Part shown: positions 1 to 6,270 of the stretch, piece by piece
Position numbering within the stretch: position 1 is the first letter of the stretch
Layout of the letters: each line of letters opens with the position of its first letter
Virus genome (UHGV): UHGV-0079174
From: a virus
Reading direction: 5' to 3' (one strand)
Length of the DNA: 12,456 nt
The notes under the pieces: model-generated
What the model was told of the DNA's origin: nothing
What the model saw: only the letters and a program-made list of their open reading frames with translations
The model's database searches: none
Translations under genes and position numbers: made by a program

Positions 1-187
1 CATGTACCGGAACTTTAGGTTTTTTTCGTTGAGCGTCGCGAATAGCTTCACTGTGTGGACGTGCTGCATGAACCGGGCGGCTGTCTAAGATTAGCAAGGT
101 CTAAATACACCTCCAGTTTCAGATGGTTCCTAAAGGTGATGCTTGTGGTTATGATAGACAGAAAGATAAGACTTCCGAGGGTTAGCT

Positions 188-1021
188 ATGAGTGATGGGT
201 GGTTAGATTCTACTATGCAAGCAATAAACGATAGGATTAAAAGCCCATTATGGGGATATATCATTCTTGCATGGGTATGGTTCAACTGGCCTAACTTAGC
301 AATGCTCTTTATGAGTGATGCGCCTGTTAAGTTTCGAATAGATTATATACTATCTCAGGAATATTTTTACGCTCATTATCTGCTTGCTCCTGTCTTTTTT
401 GGAGGTGTGCTAGCTGTTATTACTCCTTATGCTCAATGGTTACTTTCTCTTGCTCAAAAATGGGCTACAGATAAACACAATGAAAATGTTTATCTTACAA
501 AGGAAAAAGAATACTTGGATTCAATCAGGTTAACGGGGTTAAAGGTTCGGGCTGCCAGAGAAGAAGAGAAAGAAAATGCTAAAATTGATGCTGATATTAA
601 AGCGGAAGTAGAGCGTGGTAAGCGTGAAGAGCTGGTCACAGAAGAGCTACAGACAGAGAAGAAACTGATTCAGAAAGAAATTAATAATTTAAAGCAGTTA
701 GTATCTAAAGAAAAACAAACCATTGAAAATATCGAGATAGAAAAAGAGAGACTACAGGATTTGATTGTTGCCTCACTTGAGGTAATGGATGATTTCTTTA
801 AAGTTGATAATAGCCATTCATTACAGCAATTGAAGAGTAGGGTAGAAGAACTTTTAACAGTTTCTGATATTGAAGCTTCTACCATACGTAACGCGCTACG
901 ACAAAAGAAAGAGCTAACTTCATCACAGACAATGAAAATGTTCGATATGGTAGAGGCTAAAATTAAAAAGGAAAAAGAAAAAGGTAATAATATAGAGTCG
1001 AATGAATTAATTAACCAATAA
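188..1021 (+). CDS. Hypothetical membrane protein: two N-terminal hydrophobic helices followed by a long charged coiled-coil-like C-terminal region
   Basis: 277-aa ORF from the track. ATG at 188 preceded by GAGGG (177-181). Hydrophobic segments WGYIILAWVWFNWPNLAMLF and HYLLAPVFFGGVLAVITPYAQWLLSLA, then an E/K-rich heptad-like sequence. No catalytic motif recognised. Confidence 0.6.
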   Translation: MSDGWLDSTMQAINDRIKSPLWGYIILAWVWFNWPNLAMLFMSDAPVKFRIDYILSQEYFYAHYLLAPVFFGGVLAVITPYAQWLLSLAQKWATDKHNENVYLTKEKEYLDSIRLTGLKVRAAREEEKENAKIDADIKAEVERGKREELVTEELQTEKKLIQKEINNLKQLVSKEKQTIENIEIEKERLQDLIVASLEVMDDFFKVDNSHSLQQLKSRVEELLTVSDIEASTIRNALRQKKELTSSQTMKMFDMVEAKIKKEKEKGNNIESNELINQ

Positions 1022-1061
1022 TGCTATGCCTGTAAATAACAGGACATAAACAGGTTAGTAC

Positions 1062-1309
1062 CTATGCAATTTAACGGTATTTTTCCAAGTATCTATGCAA
1101 TCCTACACAGATTCTATACAGTATCGACATAGCCCCTTTTTATCATAACTTATTGAAATATATAGAGAATCTGTAAATCCTCTTTTCAGGGTAAACTGTA
1201 TCGTGTTAGTCGTTCCTCTCTCGACACTACATACAGTGCTATATACAGGACTATATAACGGTGTCTATGCAGTTGGTCACTATCAATATTCCCTTAAAGT
1301 GACTATCAA
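1062..1309. repeat. Cluster of short direct repeats (iteron-like) in non-coding DNA
   Basis: CTATGCAAT at 1062-1070 and 1093-1101 (31 bp period); CTATGCAG at 1265-1272; GT(C/G)ACTATCAA at 1276-1286 and 1299-1309 (23 bp period). No ORF in the supplied track in this stretch. Confidence 0.4.
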
Positions 1310-1457
1310 GCTACTTAATAGTTTCCTATATGAAAGTTAGGAGGCGATAGTTATAGTTCCTTCGTAGTTCCCCTTAAAAAATCACTTAGAGACATCTTAA
1401 TCTATATGCAGATTTCACGTAGAACACGATTAGTGCGTAAAACAGCTATTATGTTAA

Positions 1458-1486
1458 AAACACACTGTGTTTATATCAGTACTGAT
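1458..1486. promoter_or_regulatory. Two adjacent palindromes, operator-like
   Basis: AAACACA-C-TGTGTTT (1458-1472, 7-bp arms) and a perfect 12-bp palindrome ATCAGTACTGAT (1475-1486), 2 bp apart. Confidence 0.3.
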
Positions 1487-1637
1487 TTATAAGGGTTTTG
1501 TGTATTGGCTGATAAGAGGCTATACAGCACCTTGAGAGCATGTCTTATAAGTCATTGACACATAAGGTCACAGAAGTTTGTAGCTGTTACAGAGAAAACT
1601 GGATAGGACTTCACAGAATTATAAAATGTTACAGCTA

Positions 1638-1665
1638 TTGATAGATGAAATCTTCTTGATAGATG
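1638..1665. repeat. Exact 10-bp direct repeat TTGATAGATG x2
   Basis: Copies at 1638-1647 and 1656-1665, 18 bp period, in non-coding DNA. Confidence 0.4.
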
Positions 1666-1916
1666 CTTTGAAGTGTGGTTAAGGTTTCTTGAGGTGGAGT
1701 TAACAGATGCCATGAAGAAAGTCAATAATTGGTTATAGATATTTTAACTGCTTTTGCAAAGGGGGGAGCTATATCGTGAATCTGGGGCACTTAACAGCCA
1801 TCAATTGAGTGTAGATATTTTTGAAGATTATCGGTGAAGGGGAATGTAGAGGGGTTACTACGATATTTATAAAAATTTTCAGACTCTGAAAAGTTACTGT
1901 ACAGATTTTATACAAA

Positions 1917-1940
1917 CTAAAAAGGACTCCCGAAAGAGTC
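1917..1940 (-). terminator. Candidate intrinsic terminator on the minus strand
   Basis: Stem GGACTC (1923-1928) / GAGTCC (1935-1940), 6-nt loop. On the minus strand the hairpin is followed by TTTTAGTTTGT. No T-tract follows it on the plus strand. Confidence 0.3.
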
Positions 1941-1975
1941 CCTATAAGTCGATTTTTAACGTGGCTACGACAATC

Positions 1976-2029
1976 CACCCATACCGCACCAAACCTTACC
2001 CCACCGAACCGCACCCTACACGACCTTAC
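1976..2029. repeat. C-rich (plus strand) / G-rich (minus strand) imperfect tandem repeat
   Basis: CCGCACC occurs twice and CCTTACC twice within about 55 bp (roughly CACC..ACCGCACC..CCTTACC repeated). Compositionally unlike the flanking AT-rich DNA. Confidence 0.3.
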
Positions 2030-2550
2030 CTCGCCGGACACTGCCATAGAGAGTGTGCTTGGTTGCTTTGGAAGTAAACCTAGTACAGTAAGCCATTATA
2101 CATATCGAGATAGTAACGTCAAGAAACTTTTAACAGGAGGGGTTCCTATGGTCACATATTCCCTCTCTTCCCACTAAGTAAGTCTTAGCAGCACCTAAGC
2201 AACAATTGACTAACAGGTTCGGTAGAGTCTATCTCATAGGTCAACTTCATAAACTCAGAGTTAAGTTACCTTGAAAGATTCTACCAAGAAACTACACAGG
2301 TGTTATTTAGTCTGACTGTGAAGGGATATTTAACGGGAGGAGAGATACGATATAACCCGAAGGGAGAGTATCATCTTAACAATTATCTTAAGAATAAAAC
2401 TGAAAAGTTCTTAACAGATGACTACCTAGAAAGAAGGGAACGATAAGACCAGAGGTAGTGACCTTGTTAAACAGGCTGTTTCAAAGCTCTTAAGAGTCTG
2501 TTAAGTAAGGGCTATGTGAACAATCTTACCATTTTGTCAATGCTTTTGTC

Positions 2551-2596
2551 TTTAGCAAAAAGTGCTAAACTTAACAAAAAGCACTAAATGCTAAAG
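2551..2596. promoter_or_regulatory. Repeat and inverted-repeat cluster just upstream of the methyltransferase gene
   Basis: TTTAGCA (2551-2557) / TGCTAAA (2563-2569) inverted repeat; 15-mers CAAAAAGTGCTAAAC (2556-2570) and CAAAAAGCACTAAAT (2575-2589); AAATGCTAAAG at 2586-2596 recurs at 3716-3726, and a related AAATGCTA lies in the promoter spacer at 4181-4188. Confidence 0.3.
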
Positions 2597-2634
2597 AGAC
2601 GATTAAGAAATATACTAAGAGGGGCGCTTCGCTT

Positions 2635-3303
2635 GTGTCACATCCAATAATCAATGTTGGTCGTTATCATGGTGGTTCTGATGACTGGCGTACACCGTAT
2701 CGTTTATTTCATAATCTGCATCGTGAGTTTAACTTCAGTCTAGATGGCGCTGCAACTGAGCATGACGCATTGTTGCCACGGTTCACCGATGATATTCACA
2801 ATCAATCATGGGTTGGTGAACGGGTCTTCGTTAACCCGCCGTTTAGCATGGCTGAAAAGTTCCTCTTAAAAGCCCCTGAAGCTGATGTGTGTGTATGTCT
2901 GGTTCCGCTCAGGTCAAAGACAACTTACTGGCTTCGGTGTGTATATACAAACCCCTTCCTGCATGAGATTCGAACGTTGCACCGAGCAGTCAAATACCTT
3001 CCACCAGCAGGAAAGAGAGGTGTTGTAGTGCGCTCACCGTTTCCAAGTTGCGTTTTGATATACAGGAACACACCCCGCAAACCGAAAGTTGAAGTTACCC
3101 AGACAATCTATTGTGGTGACACAATGCTTTTACTTGCCGTGGTTAACAGGGGTGGTTTACGTGGAAGACCTCATATGCACAATGCACAGACGCTTGACAG
3201 GTTGATTAAAATGTATGACCAAGGGCAACCCATCAAGAGCATCGCAGAATCGCTAAGAATGCCTCTAAGCACCACTTACAGGATTGTTCAAAGGTTGGGC
3301 TGA
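2635..3303 (+). CDS. Phage Dam-family DNA N6-adenine methyltransferase with C-terminal helix-turn-helix extension
   Basis: 222-aa ORF, GTG start 9 nt after AAGAGGGG. N-terminal DDWRTP, then VFVNPPFS (N/DPPY/F-type catalytic motif) and LVPLRSKTTYW...SPFPS, the pattern of phage Dam-type orphan methyltransferases. The last ~40 aa (GQPIKSIAESLRMPLSTTYRIVQRLG) read as a resolvase/Hin-type HTH. Family assignment is from motif memory, not a search. Confidence 0.7.
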   Translation: MSHPIINVGRYHGGSDDWRTPYRLFHNLHREFNFSLDGAATEHDALLPRFTDDIHNQSWVGERVFVNPPFSMAEKFLLKAPEADVCVCLVPLRSKTTYWLRCVYTNPFLHEIRTLHRAVKYLPPAGKRGVVVRSPFPSCVLIYRNTPRKPKVEVTQTIYCGDTMLLLAVVNRGGLRGRPHMHNAQTLDRLIKMYDQGQPIKSIAESLRMPLSTTYRIVQRLG

Positions 3304-3350
3304 AGTTCTCATATAGAGCACTGATTACGAGAATGTTAAAGATGCGATTT

Positions 3351-3541
3351 CCCCTTTCTGGGGTTATTCGCTTTTTACTGGAAGGGTTATTTTACAGAGG
3401 TTTTTCAAACCCCCTCAATAATAGAAACGAGCAACAAACGAAGAGCGAGAAATAAAAATATTGAGACTGGTGAACGGGGGTCTGTAAAGATTGTTTAAGA
3501 AGTCGGTTAAGAAGGTGGCTCTCCCTGTCTGGGGTTATCGC
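3351..3541. repeat. Direct repeat CCCT..TCTGGGGTTAT(T)CGC x2, about 171 bp apart
   Basis: CCCCTTTCTGGGGTTATTCGC (3351-3371) and CTCCCTGTCTGGGGTTATCGCC (3522-3541), in DNA with no ORF in the supplied track. Confidence 0.35.
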
Positions 3542-3768
3542 CTTGTGTCTTAGTGAGTCTTGAAAGTTCTCTGTGAAGAGTCTTGTCAGTCCTTTATATT
3601 GGCTAATTACAACTCATTGAAAAAATAAGCATTTTTAGAAATTACTGTCAGAGGGGTGAATACTTGATAGATACAGCTTTCCGGTTCTGTCAAGCTATTT
3701 ATTAATGGATAGCACAAAATGCTAAAGATACCCCTATACCATCACGTACAGGGGGTTTTGAAGGGAGT

Positions 3769-4026
3769 TTAACGGGGTTCTGTGTGGTCGTTATCCTTAA
3801 GGTCAAGCGTCCATGTACGACCGAACAGTTTAAAGACAACAAGCACTCTGACGAGGACGTAGCGAAGTAGCAGACCTGCAATCAGCCCAACACCTCCACC
3901 AGCCCATACATCAGGTGACCCCAGCTCAGGAGGGAGATTTACCATTAGTTTTCCTTGTAAGACGCTCTCAATCGCATTCTGACACAAAAAAGTACCTGAC
4001 CTTATATGTTGACCTGAAGAGGCCAT
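3769..4026 (-). CDS. Hypothetical small protein with one hydrophobic segment; coding status uncertain
   Basis: 85-aa minus-strand ORF with hydrophobic stretch GGGVGLIAGLLLRYVLVRVLVVF. A candidate minus-strand promoter lies upstream (4126-4155). Weak ribosome-binding site. Confidence 0.3.
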   Translation of the reverse strand: MASSGQHIRSGTFLCQNAIESVLQGKLMVNLPPELGSPDVWAGGGVGLIAGLLLRYVLVRVLVVFKLFGRTWTLDLKDNDHTEPR

Positions 4027-4125
4027 TTAACTCGTTACAGAGCGATTGAAGAGGTCTGTGTGCAATGCAATAACCATGCGGCCATTCTCATAGCCACGCC
4101 TCATATTTTACTCTCCCATAAACCC

Positions 4126-4155
4126 ATTATACCACAGATGTTAATAAAATGTTAA
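4126..4155 (-). promoter_or_regulatory. Candidate sigma70-type promoter on the minus strand, divergent from the plus-strand promoter
   Basis: On the minus strand: -35 TTAACA (plus 4150-4155), 18-bp spacer, -10 TATAAT (plus 4126-4131). Confidence 0.3.
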
Positions 4156-4161
4156 AAATGC

Positions 4162-4190
4162 TTGACATTAGTCTTTGAAAATGCTAGTAT
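4162..4190 (+). promoter_or_regulatory. Sigma70-type promoter (first of two matching promoters)
   Basis: -35 TTGACA (4162-4167), 17-bp spacer, -10 TAGTAT (4185-4190), followed by TGTATATATAGG (4191-4202), which is identical to the 12-mer after the second promoter. First gene starts 51 nt downstream. Confidence 0.55.
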
Positions 4191-4240
4191 TGTATATATA
4201 GGTTAACACAGAATTAACAATTATAAGGACTAGCTTATGA

Positions 4241-4795
4241 ATGAGAGACGCAGAATTTAGAGCGATGCTTCAGGCATCGAGACAACGTAACAGATACAAC
4301 TCCTACAGCTACACAGACACCCCCACCAGCTACGAATTACCCAAGCTCACCCAAAAAGAACGCAAAGGCATTGACGAAGTAATTCGGGCAATTACACCGA
4401 GGGAACGTTATATGCCAACCAGAAAGAGCACGAAGAACAGCATCAAAAATTATTTGAATAACTTCGACAGCTATGAGCAACTACCAAGTAAGCTTGATGA
4501 TATTTTCATTGGATTCTGTAGAAGTGAAGGCCACCCGAAATACAACAAAAAACTATTTTATCTTCTAAAGAATCTTGACGAAATTAACGCATCCAGCGTG
4601 ACAAATCGTCTTCAGCGTCAAGCAACCAGACTTAGCTACGAATTACCAACCGATGCCTATTGTGCATTGCTTGCTGTAATGTGTGCAAAGCTAATTGGTA
4701 TTGTTGAACATCATATTGCCGTTGGTAATATTGAGCCAATGGAAAACGAGCAACCAGACTTTGAGTTTGACCCGTATATTTTGGAGGAATTTTAA
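4241..4795 (+). CDS. Hypothetical protein with acidic C-terminal tail
   Basis: 184-aa ORF, ATG at 4241 preceded by TAAGGA. C-terminal EPMENEQPDFEFDPYILEEF. No recognisable domain. Confidence 0.55.
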   Translation: MRDAEFRAMLQASRQRNRYNSYSYTDTPTSYELPKLTQKERKGIDEVIRAITPRERYMPTRKSTKNSIKNYLNNFDSYEQLPSKLDDIFIGFCRSEGHPKYNKKLFYLLKNLDEINASSVTNRLQRQATRLSYELPTDAYCALLAVMCAKLIGIVEHHIAVGNIEPMENEQPDFEFDPYILEEF

Positions 4796-4796
4796 A

Positions 4797-5078
4797 ATGG
4801 GAAATAAACACACATTAACCAGAGTTACAAAGACAGCCTTTGAAGAGCTTAACCGAATCAAAAACATTACAGGTCTGCCACACTCAGCAGTGATGAAGCT
4901 TGCAATTAACCGTGATATTAACGAACAAGATTTGCTTAATAGTCGCTTAGAGGCAGCAAGACACCATATCAGGATTAAGCAAGATGACCTTGATAGTCTG
5001 AAATATTTAAATGCTTTTGGACTGGATTTAGCAAGGTTACTAAGCATCAAAATTCACAAATTAGCGATGGAGGTTTAA
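4797..5078 (+). CDS. Small protein, possibly a ribbon-helix-helix DNA-binding protein
   Basis: ATG at 4797 sits 9 nt after GGAGG (4783-4787) and 1 nt after the upstream stop; the track's 4695 start would overlap the upstream gene by 100 nt. N-terminus KHTLTRVTKTAFEELNRIKNITGLPHSAVMKLAI resembles a strand-helix-helix pattern. Fold call is tentative. Confidence 0.5.
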   Translation: MGNKHTLTRVTKTAFEELNRIKNITGLPHSAVMKLAINRDINEQDLLNSRLEAARHHIRIKQDDLDSLKYLNAFGLDLARLLSIKIHKLAMEV

Positions 5079-5464
5079 TGTATGACTTTTATAAACATCG
5101 TGACCATTTGGTAAGATTTGACGGTAAAGTCTGGAAAGACGTAACACAAACCAATAAACCCAAGTTTACCCACCAGCAATTAGCCTCAAGATTTGATATC
5201 TGGACTGAAGCACAAAAAGATAATGGTGATTTCGAGTTTATCAGAGGTTTTGATTATTCTTACGAAGACGACCTTAAAGACGCCATTAAATTAATTGAGA
5301 ACTTCAACTCTATTAAAAATGGTGACAAGCACAAAGCCAACGGTAACAGATACGATAAAGATTTAATCATTGATGCAATCACCAAAGGACAATCACAAAG
5401 TTATATTTCTGAGAAATACGGCTTATCACGTAGTCAATACTACAAGATTAAAGCGTCTGTGTAA
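5078..5464 (+). CDS. Hypothetical protein with C-terminal helix-turn-helix
   Basis: 128-aa ORF. Its ATG overlaps the upstream stop (TAATG at 5076-5080), indicating translational coupling. C-terminal DAITKGQSQSYISEKYGLSRSQYYKIK is the same resolvase-type HTH flavour as the methyltransferase C-terminus. Confidence 0.6.
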   Translation: MYDFYKHRDHLVRFDGKVWKDVTQTNKPKFTHQQLASRFDIWTEAQKDNGDFEFIRGFDYSYEDDLKDAIKLIENFNSIKNGDKHKANGNRYDKDLIIDAITKGQSQSYISEKYGLSRSQYYKIKASV

Positions 5465-5476
5465 GTCTGTGAGAAT

Positions 5477-5523
5477 GAGTGAGACTCAAAGATGAGCTAC
5501 CCTATTACTAAGGTGTCTCACTC
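5477..5523. promoter_or_regulatory. 9-bp perfect inverted repeat GAGTGAGAC / GTCTCACTC separated by 29 bp
   Basis: Arms at 5477-5485 and 5515-5523, between two genes. No T-tract follows, so it is more likely a binding site or RNA structure than a simple terminator. Confidence 0.3.
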
Positions 5524-5602
5524 CCTCTGTAACCCGCATGGTTACTGGCCTCAGGATGGCTATTTTGGCAGATTTAAGATGTGTTTTTAGAGGATTTTAA
5601 AA

Positions 5603-5926
5603 ATGAATAATTTCCCGCTACAGATTTTCGTTGATAGCGACACCGCTCTGATGATTCAGGCTTTCAGTGATTCCGGTGTATCAATTGACTTTGATAAATT
5701 ACTAAAGCTAATGGCTGATAACTCAGAAACAATTGAAGATTTTATTCAGGAAATTGAAACTGGTGACCCACGTTTTATGTTTCCCGTTACCGACTCAAAC
5801 ATGAAGCGCCTTATTATTGAGGAAACTAACCGATACAGCGTTAGCCCTGAAAAATATCTCAAGGCGGCTATAGTAATTTTGTACGCTGACAATGTTTTGG
5901 TTACGGATTCGAAGGTGGTGCATTAA
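5603..5926 (+). CDS. Hypothetical acidic protein
   Basis: 107-aa ORF, ATG at 5603 preceded by AGAGGA (5589-5594). Confidence 0.55.
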   Translation: MNNFPLQIFVDSDTALMIQAFSDSGVSIDFDKLLKLMADNSETIEDFIQEIETGDPRFMFPVTDSNMKRLIIEETNRYSVSPEKYLKAAIVILYADNVLVTDSKVVH

Positions 5927-5991
5927 TGGAATTGGTGATTATCTGTTTTGTATTGATTGGTATGATTGCAGGTGCATCTATTAAAGTATAA
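5926..5991 (+). CDS. Candidate 21-aa hydrophobic micro-protein MELVIICFVLIGMIAGASIKV
   Basis: ATG overlaps the upstream stop (TAATG at 5924-5928). Almost entirely hydrophobic, one predicted transmembrane helix. Below the ORF-track size threshold. Confidence 0.3.
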   Translation: MELVIICFVLIGMIAGASIKV

Positions 5992-6015
5992 ATGTTACCA
6001 ATCTGTTAAAAGCTG

Positions 6016-6044
6016 TTGACAAATAACCTTGAGCATGACATAAT
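6016..6044 (+). promoter_or_regulatory. Sigma70-type promoter (second of two matching promoters)
   Basis: -35 TTGACA (6016-6021), 17-bp spacer, -10 CATAAT (6039-6044), followed by TGTATATATAGG (6045-6056). Confidence 0.55.
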
Positions 6045-6146
6045 TGTATATATAGGGAGAGCAATTCTCCTTGAATTAAAATATTAATCATTCTACATCG
6101 ATGATAACTATATTCTGAGTTGGAAAGGTGCAATGCTTTTCGCTAC

Positions 6147-6175
6147 ATGACCTCTTATATAACTTGAGAGGTCAT
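6147..6175 (+). promoter_or_regulatory. Hairpin in the long leader (9-bp stem ATGACCTCT / AGAGGTCAT, 11-nt loop)
   Basis: Perfect 9-bp inverted repeat about 100 nt downstream of the predicted start site. No T-tract follows. Confidence 0.35.
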
Positions 6176-6234
6176 CTCGAAAAGTCTTTGTTCATTCATT
6201 GAATCCTTTAGATGTTCTTTAATTTCTTCACCTT

Positions 6235-6270
6235 AGCCCTTTATAGCGTTTTAGTTATCTAGGGCTTTTT
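6235..6270 (+). terminator. Terminator-like hairpin inside the leader (possible attenuator)
   Basis: Stem AGCCCT (6235-6240) / AGGGCT (6261-6266), 20-nt loop, then TTTT (6267-6270). Lies about 190-220 nt downstream of the promoter and about 110 nt before the first gene. The long loop weakens the call. Confidence 0.3.

Noticed and set aside
1-100. GC-richer stretch at the left edge as a possible element boundary or partial gene
   Set aside because: Too short and cut off by the window edge to call a gene or junction. Noted only as a compositional shift.
670-885. 71-aa minus-strand ORF
   Set aside because: Lies entirely antisense within the 188..1021 gene, has no ribosome-binding site and a low-complexity product. 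Likely spurious.
1769-2047. 92-aa minus-strand ORF in the non-coding region
   Set aside because: Spans the terminator-like hairpin and the C/G-rich repeat block; its Arg/Gly/Val-rich product just reflects the G-rich strand. No convincing start context.
3304-3768. Possible CRISPR-like array suggested by the repeated CTGGGGTTAT elements
   Set aside because: Only two copies, about 171 bp apart, with no regular repeat-spacer periodicity and no cas genes in the window.
1022-4240. tRNA genes in the non-coding regions
   Set aside because: I found no convincing GGTTCGAATCC-type T-loop with a matching acceptor stem by eye; the only GATTCGAAC-like strings (2965-2975, 5906-5915) lie inside coding sequence. 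A tRNAscan-type search would be needed to exclude tRNAs fully.
4695-4796. Upstream extension of the 93-aa gene (track start at 4695)
   Set aside because: It would overlap the preceding gene by 100 nt in another frame, whereas ATG 4797 has a strong GGAGG and lies 1 nt after the upstream stop.
4691-5050. 119-aa minus-strand ORF
   Set aside because: Antisense to two well-supported, translationally coupled plus-strand genes. Likely spurious.
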